Counted from the stretch's first letter, positions 17,414 through 27,231 are shown. The stretch: DNA of 32,000 nucleotides from Promethearchaeota archaeon (GCA_030606485.1 JAUWGH010000004.1:90001-122000); one strand, 5' to 3'. Numbers and translations are program-made. Notes: generated by a model from the letters alone, not told the origin.

Positions 17414-18289
17414 ATGAAATTATTTCAACCCGATTGCGTCAGCTGTCTTTTTGAACAATTTAAAAATGGATTAATTTCTTGTAAATCAGGTATTACCACC
17501 GAAGAAATCTTACATCATCAAAGAGAATTAATGAGAAGATTAATAGATTTACCATTTACACAGTTTAGGCATCCTTTTTTTGGTAAAATTGTTTATGGAT
17601 TAATCAATGAGATCTTAAATGATCCTGATCCCTTTAAGAAAGAAAAAATTAAATTCCAAAATACAGGAAAAAAATTATATCCGAAATTAAAAGAAATGGT
17701 AAAAGATTCAAATAATCCTCTGTTAAAAGCGTGTGTTTTTTCAATAATGGGTAATGCTATTGATCTGGGAGTTCCAGCTGTGATAGATATAGAAAATGAT
17801 ATACAACAAATTACTGAGGAAGATTTATTGATAAATGATTTTATTGAATTTGAGAAAGATCTAAATGAGACTGAAACAATTTTAATTGTTGGAGATAATA
17901 CAGGTGAAATTTTCTTTGATAAAGTCTTAGTAGAAGAGATTTTGAAAATATATCCAAATAAAAAAATTTTTTTCTCTGTTCGAACTGCACCAATAATTAA
18001 TGATGCAACATTGGAAGATGCAATTTTTACGGGACTTGATAAAATTTGTTGTGTTATAGAGAGTGCACCATACCCAGGGATGATTTTAGAAAAATCTACC
18101 CCAGAATTTATTGATAGATTTAACACAAGTGATTTGATTATTATGAAAGGGCAAGGAAATTTTGAAACAAGTGATAATCTTAAACCTAAAGGGTCATTAT
18201 ATTTTTTTCTTAAGGTAAAATGCCCAACAATACAAAAAGTTTTAAATATTCCCATTGGGGGTCTAGTTTTAAAAAAAAAAAGAAATTAG
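17414..18289 (+). CDS. DUF89/ARMT1-like damage-control metal-dependent phosphatase
   Basis: N-terminal CxxC (DCVSC), DPFKKEK, GNAIDLG, GDNTGEIFFD, PIINDAT, KGQGNFE, LKVKC. Confidence 0.9.
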   Translation: MKLFQPDCVSCLFEQFKNGLISCKSGITTEEILHHQRELMRRLIDLPFTQFRHPFFGKIVYGLINEILNDPDPFKKEKIKFQNTGKKLYPKLKEMVKDSNNPLLKACVFSIMGNAIDLGVPAVIDIENDIQQITEEDLLINDFIEFEKDLNETETILIVGDNTGEIFFDKVLVEEILKIYPNKKIFFSVRTAPIINDATLEDAIFTGLDKICCVIESAPYPGMILEKSTPEFIDRFNTSDLIIMKGQGNFETSDNLKPKGSLYFFLKVKCPTIQKVLNIPIGGLVLKKKRN

Positions 18290-18356
18290 ATTTATTTCTA
18301 TAAAAATTTAATTTATATTAAATCATAAATTATGAATAGAAAGGAGATCAGTAAAG

Positions 18357-19097
18357 ATGAGTGACAATTTTAATTTAAAACAAAAAGAGGTAAAAGATAT
18401 TAAAGTAATATTATTTGATCTTGACGGTACATTGCTGAATAATGATATAAATAAATTTTTATCACATTACTTTAAGATATTTTCAGCTTCATTAGCTCAC
18501 ATCCAGCCACCCAAAAAGATCTTTAAACATTTAATGGTGGCGGGGAATGCCATAGTAGATAACGACGGAAGTGCCTTTAATGAGGAGGTTTTCTGGTCTA
18601 CCTTTTGTCCCTTATTAGGTTATCCTCGAGAAGAATTGGAGGCCATTTTAAGGGAATTCTACAAAAACAAATTTCCGATCTTGCGTCAATATACAAGCCA
18701 AAAGCATGGTGCACGTCAAGTAGTTCAGCAGTCTTTTGACTTGGGTTATGATGTAGTTATTGCTACTACTCCTGTCTTCCCTTCTACAGCCATCGAACAA
18801 AGGTTAAAGTGGGCAGATGTAGCTGACTTTCCATATATGTTAGTTACTTGTACCGAAAATACTCGCGGATGCAAACCAAATCTGATTTATTATAAACAAA
18901 TTCTTGAGAATATTGGATATGATGCTGAAGCGTGTCTTATGGTTGGTGACGAGGATAGGGACATGGTTGCCGCTCATCTTGGCTATAGTACCTTCCTTAT
19001 AACTAGTCCTAGAACACATTTAGCCCCTATTATCCCAGAACCAACTTATAGTGGGACATTAGAGGATCTGGGAAAATTACTTCAAAGTTGGAAGTGA
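18357..19097 (+). CDS. HAD-superfamily hydrolase
   Basis: Motif I LFDLDGT, motif II IATTP, motif III CKPN, motif IV MVGDEDRDM. Confidence 0.9.
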   Translation: MSDNFNLKQKEVKDIKVILFDLDGTLLNNDINKFLSHYFKIFSASLAHIQPPKKIFKHLMVAGNAIVDNDGSAFNEEVFWSTFCPLLGYPREELEAILREFYKNKFPILRQYTSQKHGARQVVQQSFDLGYDVVIATTPVFPSTAIEQRLKWADVADFPYMLVTCTENTRGCKPNLIYYKQILENIGYDAEACLMVGDEDRDMVAAHLGYSTFLITSPRTHLAPIIPEPTYSGTLEDLGKLLQSWK

Positions 19098-19171
19098 ATT
19101 ATTTGTTAATTGTATAATATAGATTTTTTGAAATCTCAAAAAAATTAGTAGAATAAAAATTTGTAAATCTC

Positions 19172-19711
19172 TTATTTATATAAGCTATTTCCTGAGATGT
19201 CTTGTGCTACAATCAAAGGACCAAATTGCTCTACCCTTAAAAACCATACGGCTTCGCTGGAACCTAAATCAAGCCATTCAACGTGAACAACTTCTTTAAT
19301 CATCCTTGATGCAACCGCCCCACAACCGCCAGGATAACTTAAATAAATTACTTTTAGATTTTTTTCATCTAAATTTTTCATTCCGCCTTTCCCTATAAGA
19401 ATATGAATATCTAAAAATTTTATGATGTCATTTTCGACGGAATTCATACGCTCACTAGTAGTAGGACCTGCAGAGATAATTTTATACTTTTCATTGATTT
19501 TTTTTATGATTGGACCACAATGATATAATGCAGTATTTTTTATTTTATTAAATGAGTTGGGTAAAGGTTTCTTTTCATGAATATAGTTACTTATTCTTTT
19601 ATGGGCTAAATCTCTTGCCGTAATGATGGAACCATTTAAATAAACTATATCACCAATTTTTAATGACAGAAGATCCTCAACTTTAGCAGGTAAATTAATA
19701 TTATGCCTCAT
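19172..19711 (-). CDS. Class I fumarate hydratase / L-tartrate dehydratase beta subunit
   Basis: GDIVYLNGSIITARDLAH, YHCGP, AGPTTSERM, LIGKGGM, DLGSSEAVW, FGPLIV. Confidence 0.9.
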   Translation of the reverse strand: MRHNINLPAKVEDLLSLKIGDIVYLNGSIITARDLAHKRISNYIHEKKPLPNSFNKIKNTALYHCGPIIKKINEKYKIISAGPTTSERMNSVENDIIKFLDIHILIGKGGMKNLDEKNLKVIYLSYPGGCGAVASRMIKEVVHVEWLDLGSSEAVWFLRVEQFGPLIVAQDISGNSLYK

Positions 19712-20600
19712 AAATTAATTCACCCTCCTTGTTAATTTTAAAAGATGCAATTCGATGGCAATAGCACTGTACGATTACACCTACCGGAAATGATGCTGGA
19801 TGTCTCATTGAAACCTCAATATGTACATCTATACACGTGACTTTTCCACCTAATCCCATTATACCAATATTAAGCTCATTTAGAGAATTTTTAATTTTTA
19901 ATTCTAATTCTGCTACATCTTGACGCTCATGTCTTACTCCAATAGGTCGTAGTAGTGCTTTTTTTGCTAATATCATCGAATTACTAGCATCACCACCTAA
20001 TCCAACCCCTAAAATAATTGGGGGACAGGGTTTTCCTCCAGCCTTCTGAATTAACTCTTTAATCATTAAAGGAAATCTTTCTAATCCATCAATAGGATCC
20101 AACATAAATAATTTTGATACGTTTTCAGCACCTCCCCCTTTAGGTAAAATAATTATTTCTAAATCACTCGAATTATCAATGATTTCAATGGAAATCGGTG
20201 GTGAATTTAATCCAATATTTAATCCAATATTGGTCTCGGTATTTTTATTAGTTATTGGATCTACAGAATTACTCCTTAAAGGTATATCTATCGTTGCTTC
20301 TTGAACGACTTTATCAATAATATTTCTAAAACTAGAGATAATAGGAAATCTGTTTCCTAATTTAATATAAAAGTTTAAGATGCCAGTATCTTGACATAAT
20401 GGGATTTCATCTTTTTTTCCATATTGGAAATTTTCTAAAATTAATCGAAGTTGAGTTTGACTTATTTCATTATCTTCTTCTTTATATAACTTCTTAAAAA
20501 AATCAAAAATATCCTCTGGAATAGTTGTGACCGCTTTTTTTATTGATTTTTTAAGTAAATCTGTTATTTTTTTTCCCAAAATTTCAATTTTTTTATCCAT
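19701..20600 (-). CDS. Class I fumarate hydratase / L-tartrate dehydratase alpha subunit (Fe-S)
   Basis: PLCQDTG, PKGGGAEN, KPCPP, GVGLGG, GIMGLGG, RHPAS, QCYCHR; stop overlaps the beta-subunit start. Confidence 0.9.
   Translation of the reverse strand: MDKKIEILGKKITDLLKKSIKKAVTTIPEDIFDFFKKLYKEEDNEISQTQLRLILENFQYGKKDEIPLCQDTGILNFYIKLGNRFPIISSFRNIIDKVVQEATIDIPLRSNSVDPITNKNTETNIGLNIGLNSPPISIEIIDNSSDLEIIILPKGGGAENVSKLFMLDPIDGLERFPLMIKELIQKAGGKPCPPIILGVGLGGDASNSMILAKKALLRPIGVRHERQDVAELELKIKNSLNELNIGIMGLGGKVTCIDVHIEVSMRHPASFPVGVIVQCYCHRIASFKINKEGELIYEA
20208..20231. repeat. 12-nt in-frame tandem duplication in the fumarase alpha subunit
   Basis: TAATCCAATATT twice, giving NIGL-NIGL. Confidence 0.8.
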
Positions 20601-20696
20601 AGGTATACCATTAATACGAAAAAATTTAATACTAGTTAAATCAAAATTTTAATTAAGACGAACCAATATAAATTATAGAGAGATCGGGAGTTAATT

Positions 20697-22598
20697 TTGA
20701 CTGAAAACAAGGAACATATAATATTACGAGTTGGCTCACAACTTAAAGATAATCTATTTAATCAAAGAAGCATTAATAAAATTCTCCTAAATGAATTAAA
20801 AAGCGATACAACGATATATAGTGCATTTATCTCGGATATTTCAGATAAGTGGAAAGAATTTCAAAATAAAAATGAACAAAGAAAAATAAAATATCGTTAT
20901 ACAATATTTTTTCATAGAAATTTTGATTATTTTTTTAGGCAATCTATAGATAATCTCTTTGGATTTGATTCAAAAAACCTGAAATTGGTGTTAAAAGAGA
21001 ATGTAACCGATAATGATTTATATTTTGAATATAAATTTTATTTTTCGGAAGATGAGATGAATTTAATTTCCGAATTTAAAGAACGCGTTTCTCATCCATT
21101 AGATTACGACAGAATAATTCCTTTTATATTTGAGGTTCTTATTACGATTTTAGGGATGATTATTAGAAAAACGATAAATAAAAAAATTTGGATCTCTCAG
21201 AACGGTGCCCGGCTGAAAAAAAAAGGGAAAAAATCATATCTTCATCTCTTAATTACAATTAGACGTAGTCCTGATGAAATTATGGACGGATATCTTGCTT
21301 TTGTTCTATATAATTTTGCGATAAGACATTCAGAGATTCCTGATTCATATAAAAAAACACTAATGGAGAGAAAAAATCTTTTAACTAAGATTGCTCTAAA
21401 AAATTACACTATAGCCAAATATCAATTAGTAGATATAATTTTTACTTTTTTTAAGAAGTGTACATTGCTCGAAAATGTTTCACCTTTCTTAGATTTCCTA
21501 AATTTTGTTTGTTCGCGTGTTGAAGATAGCATCTTTGATACAATTGAAATAATTAAAGTGGATTTTCTTTCAAATTTAGATTATCCACCAGAGGTAAATG
21601 AATCATTAATACGGATTTTTAATTTTATTAATAAATATTCTACATTATTTAGTACTTTTCAAGCGAATAACAGACCTTCATTTCGAAATCAATATGAACT
21701 TTTCTTATTATATTTGCAATTTTATTTTGGACGAACTTTAGAATCGCTTGAGATAAGTGACCTATTATTTTTTCCAAAAAGATTTGGAGATCTTATAAAA
21801 GAGCATAATTTGTCTAAAAAAGACAAAATTTCATTTAAAACTATAAGATCTATTGGATATTTTTCCAATATTGCCTTATCTTTATCACATTTACCTGGAA
21901 TTGGAGATTTCTTTTATCAATTGTTAAATGAGAAAAAAATTCAGAATATAAATGAAATATTTTTCATGACGTTTCTTAAAAGCTTAAATGAGAAATTCCT
22001 TTCATTGATTGAGGAGGAAAATAAAAAGTTAGAAAAATCTCAAAATAAAATCAGTTTCGAGAAAGCCATTGATTTTATTTGCAGGAGTTTATATAGTTTA
22101 ATCAATAAAATTTTTTTAAGAGAAAATGTAGAGGATGCGTCTAAAAATTTTGTTGATCCAAGATCCAGATATATTCCCGAAAATGTAGCCACTAGAGTCT
22201 TAGAATTATCAATTTTCAAGGATTTAAATCTCTCAGATGATATCTGGCCCGACTATTTTTTGAGTGTAAATAAAGAAGAGGTTAAACACCTATTTAAAAA
22301 ACATTTAGAAATTCCTGAAGATGTTTTCTATTCAGACTGGAGTTTATCTATGCTTGACATGGTATACAATCAAGAATTGTTCCATAACGAAAAATATTTA
22401 GAAGAATTTCTAATAGAAGATGTAATTATTCCTTTAAATAAATTCTTCTTGCAATTCGAGAAAAAAAAAGAGAGTATTGAGAATAAAGATGATTTATTAA
22501 ACGATTTAACCAAAATTATTACTAGAGAAAAATGGAAGAAAGAAGATACAAAGAGAATTTTTTCTAATATAATTGAATTATGGGACTTATCTTTTTAA
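20697..22598 (+). CDS. Large hypothetical protein (633 aa, mostly helical, aromatic-rich)
   Basis: Long ORF with host-like codon usage, GGAG upstream of the TTG start; no recognised motif. Confidence 0.75.
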   Translation: MTENKEHIILRVGSQLKDNLFNQRSINKILLNELKSDTTIYSAFISDISDKWKEFQNKNEQRKIKYRYTIFFHRNFDYFFRQSIDNLFGFDSKNLKLVLKENVTDNDLYFEYKFYFSEDEMNLISEFKERVSHPLDYDRIIPFIFEVLITILGMIIRKTINKKIWISQNGARLKKKGKKSYLHLLITIRRSPDEIMDGYLAFVLYNFAIRHSEIPDSYKKTLMERKNLLTKIALKNYTIAKYQLVDIIFTFFKKCTLLENVSPFLDFLNFVCSRVEDSIFDTIEIIKVDFLSNLDYPPEVNESLIRIFNFINKYSTLFSTFQANNRPSFRNQYELFLLYLQFYFGRTLESLEISDLLFFPKRFGDLIKEHNLSKKDKISFKTIRSIGYFSNIALSLSHLPGIGDFFYQLLNEKKIQNINEIFFMTFLKSLNEKFLSLIEEENKKLEKSQNKISFEKAIDFICRSLYSLINKIFLRENVEDASKNFVDPRSRYIPENVATRVLELSIFKDLNLSDDIWPDYFLSVNKEEVKHLFKKHLEIPEDVFYSDWSLSMLDMVYNQELFHNEKYLEEFLIEDVIIPLNKFFLQFEKKKESIENKDDLLNDLTKIITREKWKKEDTKRIFSNIIELWDLSF

Positions 22599-23410
22599 AA
22601 GATATTTTGAATTTTTTCTAATAAAATTTGAAATTTTTTATTTAAAATTTCTTCATTATATTCAACATGTCTTCTTTTTGCAACAATCTTTAAATGGGAA
22701 TATAAACACTTGACTATTTCATTGTTTGAGATGATGAATTTTGTGTTTATCTTCATATATCTTAATAAGAAATCTAAAATTAAATTTATTTTAAATTCCA
22801 ATAATTCATCTCGAAATATATCTCCAGGACTTGTTGTAATGATCGAAACAATTACTTCAGCTATGTCATTTTCAGGGATTCCTTCATAAACATTCTCGAA
22901 ATCGATACCATATATATTTTTTTCGTGGTAAATAAAATTTTTTAATCTTAAATCTCCCTTATTTCTGACTAAGATCTGACTTTTTTTCTCAGTAGTAATA
23001 TTTATTTCATGGTATTGATATAACCATTCCGCTAATTTTTCAAATATTTCTTTTTTTACGATATAAATGCTATTTTCTGTAGAGTTATCTAGGTCATCAT
23101 TAAGGAGATCACATAAGTTAAGTCCATCAATTTTTTCCATAAGAATGTAAGGTTTTTTAAAGGCAAAAATTTTTGGAACCAAAATACCTTTCTGATAATT
23201 TGAGATTAAATTCTCATACTCTGTATTGAAACTCTTAGTAGAATTCTTTTTTATTATAATTTCTTCGGGTAGGGTTTGTGGATTTTTTAAATTTATTAAA
23301 AAAATTAAATTTTTTCGTGCCTTTAAAAATTTTATAGAAGTAATTTCTATTTCTGGTATAATTTCTTTTACATTTCTTTTACATTCTCCAATTTCTTTTA
23401 CATTCTCCAA
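22595..23410 (-). CDS. Protein-kinase-like fold phosphotransferase (APH/Kdo/RIO-like)
   Basis: IIIKK, GILVPKIF, ILMEKIDG, catalytic loop KGDLRLKNF, metal-binding GIDFE. Confidence 0.75.
   Translation of the reverse strand: MENVKEIGECKRNVKEIIPEIEITSIKFLKARKNLIFLINLKNPQTLPEEIIIKKNSTKSFNTEYENLISNYQKGILVPKIFAFKKPYILMEKIDGLNLCDLLNDDLDNSTENSIYIVKKEIFEKLAEWLYQYHEINITTEKKSQILVRNKGDLRLKNFIYHEKNIYGIDFENVYEGIPENDIAEVIVSIITTSPGDIFRDELLEFKINLILDFLLRYMKINTKFIISNNEIVKCLYSHLKIVAKRRHVEYNEEILNKKFQILLEKIQNIF
23361..23409. repeat. Tandem duplication: 11-nt partial copy plus two 19-nt copies at the kinase start
   Basis: ATTTCTTTTACATTCTCCA at 23372-23390 and 23391-23409; ATTTCTTTTAC at 23361-23371. Confidence 0.85.
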
Positions 23411-23414
23411 TTTT

Positions 23415-23942
23415 TTACAACGCCTGGAAAAATTTTGGATATAAGGTTTTTAAAATAAATTCAGGTTTTTCTAACGCATTTATTATAGGAATCCCTTTAT
23501 AATCTTTTCTGGATGGCTTAGTTGCAATTAATCCTGAAATTACTTTTATTGTATCATCAATCTGTTCTTCTACTTCTTTAAAATCCTTAGCACATAAAAT
23601 CCTATCATATTCAAAATCCCTAAATCCTTCAGCAATAATTATATCAGGCTTAATTGGTGCCTTTTCTATCCAATCAAATATTTCCTCAGTTTTTAAGACA
23701 TAATTTAAGAAAAAAGTCGTTTGATTATTAGATTTTGTAATTACGCAATTCGCTCCCGCTTCAGAAAATTGAAAAGAGTCTTTTCCTTTAAGATCAAGGG
23801 AATGGATGTGGATATTTTTTAAAACAAATATTTTATAATCAGTATTTTTGGTTAAATAGTTTATAATCGATAAAATCGAGTTGGTTTTGCCTGATTTCGA
23901 ATAACCAATAACGCAAATTAATTTAAAATCTCTTTTTAACAA
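23415..23942 (-). CDS. mobB: Molybdopterin-guanine dinucleotide biosynthesis protein MobB
   Basis: P-loop IGYSKSGKT, LKNIH...DLKGKDS..F..AGA, DIIIAEGFR. Confidence 0.85.
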   Translation of the reverse strand: MLKRDFKLICVIGYSKSGKTNSILSIINYLTKNTDYKIFVLKNIHIHSLDLKGKDSFQFSEAGANCVITKSNNQTTFFLNYVLKTEEIFDWIEKAPIKPDIIIAEGFRDFEYDRILCAKDFKEVEEQIDDTIKVISGLIATKPSRKDYKGIPIINALEKPEFILKTLYPKFFQAL

Positions 23943-24007
23943 AAATTTTTCACGATTTTTTCAATTTTCAATAAATATAATATTTTATATATTAATATTA
24001 TATTTTA

Positions 24008-25972
24008 ATGGCAAAACTAATTTTTATTTTGGATGCTAATTTTTTCATTTGCATGAATGAAATTCGGGCACATGATATACTCAACAATTTAAAAACCTCC
24101 GGAAAACTTCTTAGTTTTAATTATTACATTAGTGAGCAAGTATTTTTTGAAATAAAAGGAGTAAGTGCAAGTTTTCGAGAGAAATTTCAGAGTTTTATTA
24201 ATGTAAAACAAATATCTGATGCAAATATAAAACTAATAAAAGACGCTTTAAAGAGACGTAAAATTAGATTTCCTGCTCAAGATCCAGATTTATCGTTAAT
24301 AGCATTAGCAGATATGTTGTTAGAAATTAATAGTAAAGCGAGGATAACGATTGTAAGTGATGACTTTAAATTAGTGCGGGAGATTAATCTACTTTATAAA
24401 AGTAAAATAAATGTTCTGTCACTATCAGGGTTCTTACTACAAATTCAAAGAACAGTCTCAAATCCATCGTTAAAAATGTATTTTAAAAATATTTGGCGGA
24501 AAAGTCTTAATTATACACTATCGTATATGATTGAACGATCAAAAATATATCCGGCAGAAGAAAAAATCACGTGGCTTATAGAGAGAGCGGTTTCAGTAAC
24601 AGAAAATTCCATTATAACAAAAGACTCAATTTCAGAAGATCAAGGGATTTCTCTAACACCTATGAATGCATCAATAAAAGAGGAGTGCGAGATTAGCGAG
24701 AGATTTATTCAGGGGCATGAGTTACCTAAAAGTGAGGAAGAGAAAGTTGATGGGATAATAAATTTTCTTGAAAATTTGAGAATATCGCGTAATTATTTAA
24801 AACGAGCAAAGGAGTCGTTAATCGAAGATAATATAAAGGATTCTGTAAAAAATTTAAAAAGAGGGAGTTCATTTTTAACTTCTCTATTGCAACTTGCTCA
24901 TGGTAAAACTTCTGGGAAAGAATATAATATTGTGGAACAACTTATATGTTCAGAATTATCTAAGATGGAATTTTTACGCGGTTTTTTATTAATTAGTATT
25001 GGAAATATTAGTTCTGCATTAGAAGCACTCGACCGAACTGCTATTTTTTCAACAATTGTTCATAATTGGCGAACCGGGTTAACGATAAATTATCTTAAAG
25101 CACTTATCAGAGTATTTCATGGATTTTACTCTGCTGCAATTAAGCAATATGACTTCACAAACCAATTAGCAGAGACTTATAATGAAAGAAAATTAATGTT
25201 AAAATGTGAAATCGGAAAAGCATTAGCGCTTTTTTTAGAAAATCCTGAAAACAAAAATCAAGCAATCTCTATAATTGAGGAACTCTCAGAATTTAAAATA
25301 GAACAAAATTTGGAGGAAGGAATGATTGTTTTTTCAGAGTTGGGAGATTATTTTTTGGCTTTAGGACATTCACAAATTGCCATATCTTTATATGATCAAT
25401 CTTTAGAGATGTCAATCGATGGAAATTTTGAATATAAAATACCAACCCTCATAGATAAACTTAAGCGTGCCTATATTGCGACCATTCTAAGTGGCTATAC
25501 TACAGAAACTATCAACGTGGATGTTTTATTCAATAAAGCTTATAAATTAAAAAATGTGGAGAAATACAATGAACAAATTAAGCAATTCCATGATTTTAAT
25601 GAATTATTTTATACAAAATTTCCTTTATTAACGGGAAAAAAAATTATTTCATACTTAAACCTTGATGCTAAATTGAAGGATTATTTTGAGGTTGTTAAAA
25701 TTCAACCTATGGCCAATGGAAAAACGTTATTTGTGGCACTTCATACTGAATTAGGATTACTAGGGTTTTTAGTCTTTGGGGATTACCAACTTTCCGGAGT
25801 CGCCGAAAATTATTCACTTAAATTAAAAGACACAGCAAAAGTTCGAATTTATACTCCAAATACAGAATTAAAGGAAAAGTATTTAATACGAGCAATTATT
25901 GAAATTAAAAATAAAGAGTTCATTGATATAATTTACAACTTGCCAATATTTTTCCAGCAGATGAATATTTGA
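24008..25972 (+). CDS. PIN-domain ribonuclease fused to a long TPR-like helical region
   Basis: PIN acidic tetrad: ILDANFF, VFFEI, DPDLSLIALA, VSDDF; C-terminal about 500 aa with helix-pair repeats (ELGDYFLALGHSQIAISLYDQSL). Confidence 0.75.
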   Translation: MAKLIFILDANFFICMNEIRAHDILNNLKTSGKLLSFNYYISEQVFFEIKGVSASFREKFQSFINVKQISDANIKLIKDALKRRKIRFPAQDPDLSLIALADMLLEINSKARITIVSDDFKLVREINLLYKSKINVLSLSGFLLQIQRTVSNPSLKMYFKNIWRKSLNYTLSYMIERSKIYPAEEKITWLIERAVSVTENSIITKDSISEDQGISLTPMNASIKEECEISERFIQGHELPKSEEEKVDGIINFLENLRISRNYLKRAKESLIEDNIKDSVKNLKRGSSFLTSLLQLAHGKTSGKEYNIVEQLICSELSKMEFLRGFLLISIGNISSALEALDRTAIFSTIVHNWRTGLTINYLKALIRVFHGFYSAAIKQYDFTNQLAETYNERKLMLKCEIGKALALFLENPENKNQAISIIEELSEFKIEQNLEEGMIVFSELGDYFLALGHSQIAISLYDQSLEMSIDGNFEYKIPTLIDKLKRAYIATILSGYTTETINVDVLFNKAYKLKNVEKYNEQIKQFHDFNELFYTKFPLLTGKKIISYLNLDAKLKDYFEVVKIQPMANGKTLFVALHTELGLLGFLVFGDYQLSGVAENYSLKLKDTAKVRIYTPNTELKEKYLIRAIIEIKNKEFIDIIYNLPIFFQQMNI

Positions 25973-26148
25973 TTCCTTTTATCACTTAAATTATATTTAT
26001 TTAAAGAATGAATTTGAAATCTTTAATAAAATAAATGGTTATTGAAATTTTTTTATTAAGTGATATAAAAAATGGTCGAAATTAAGAAAGAATTTTGGAA
26101 TCAAATGTCGGAAAAAGGCACTTAAGAGGGATATTTTAAAAGAGAGTG

Positions 26149-26421
26149 CTAAGTTTTTCTAGTTGATTTGGCACGCTGTGAGATTTTATGTTTATGAATT
26201 GCACATGAAATACAATAATAAACTCTTTGCGTTGGACGTTGGATTATCGCACCTGCATCTCTAAGCTCTTTGTATATCCTTCCATCAACTAGAGAAATTC
26301 GTTTTGTGACTTGTTTCGCTTTACTTCTAGGAATAAATCTGCCACAGTTCGCACACTGCACTGTAGTGCTCTGTCCTTTGTGGGAGGCTGATTTTCCCCC
26401 GCTTTTTCGTTTTTTTGGCAA
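26149..26421 (-). CDS. rps26e: Small ribosomal subunit protein eS26
   Basis: MPKKRKSGG, QCANCGRFIPRSKA, YYCISCAIH zinc ligands; TTG start. Confidence 0.96.
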   Translation of the reverse strand: MPKKRKSGGKSASHKGQSTTVQCANCGRFIPRSKAKQVTKRISLVDGRIYKELRDAGAIIQRPTQRVYYCISCAIHKHKISQRAKSTRKT

Positions 26422-26534
26422 TTTTTTTTTCTCTTGTTCTCTTATTTCTCTTTAAATATCTCTTTTATTAAGATAAAAAATATGAATAAATATAATAATT
26501 TTATTAAATGGAAACGGAAATTTTTTACTTATTA

Positions 26535-27173
26535 TTAGGGATTTTCCATTTTTTTTAATTCTTTAAATGCAAATAAGAGTCTTTGGAATACCGTTATTGT
26601 TAATAATAGAATGAAAGTCCAGATAAAAATAAAAAAGAATAATGAATTCGTCGCATTAGTAAAGAAATAAACCCATGCTTCAATAATCATACCAAAAAAT
26701 AATAAAAGCATTCGCTCGGCTCGCTCTAAAAATCCAACTCCTTGCATTTCCACGCCCTCATTTTCAGCTCGGCTACGAATATAACTAATCATTAAACTCA
26801 GGAAAAAACAAATAAATCCCGTAAGGTAGTCAATATAACCACCGTAAATTAATCCTAAAAAAATTATTGCATCAGCTAATCTGTCTAAATTGGAATCCAA
26901 AAATGCACCGAATTGTGAAGCAGAATTAGTTTTTCGAGCAACTGCACCATCAAAGACATCAAAGGAGCCAGAGAGAAATAGTAATAAAGGAGGGATCCAC
27001 GCAAGCCATAAAGAAAGGTGTAAAAAATCAAATCCGAGAAAAATAGCACATGCTAAGGATAAACAAAAACCCAGATATGACAATTTATTCGGGGAAACAT
27101 TGTGTTTAATAAAAAAATTTACACGTTTTTCAATAAGGTTTTGAGCATTTTCTCTATATTTATTGAGAACCAT
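26535..27173 (-). CDS. CDP-alcohol phosphatidyltransferase, archaetidylinositol phosphate synthase-like
   Basis: Signature DVFDGAVARKTNSASQFGAFLDSNLDRLAD, SYIRSRAE, GFLERAER; ATG 27173 preferred because it avoids overlap with trmY. Confidence 0.9.
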   Translation of the reverse strand: MVLNKYRENAQNLIEKRVNFFIKHNVSPNKLSYLGFCLSLACAIFLGFDFLHLSLWLAWIPPLLLFLSGSFDVFDGAVARKTNSASQFGAFLDSNLDRLADAIIFLGLIYGGYIDYLTGFICFFLSLMISYIRSRAENEGVEMQGVGFLERAERMLLLFFGMIIEAWVYFFTNATNSLFFFIFIWTFILLLTITVFQRLLFAFKELKKMENP

Positions 27174-27231
27174 TATTAGATTCCAAAAATGATTTATATA
27201 TATATGGTATGGATTAGGTTTTATTTTAAGT

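Noticed and set aside
16116-18255. Tracked ORFs 16116-16349, 17131-17319 and 17593-18255
   Set aside because: Antisense to real genes or low-complexity intergenic translation. The 220-aa one mirrors DUF89 codon for codon and has no independent motif
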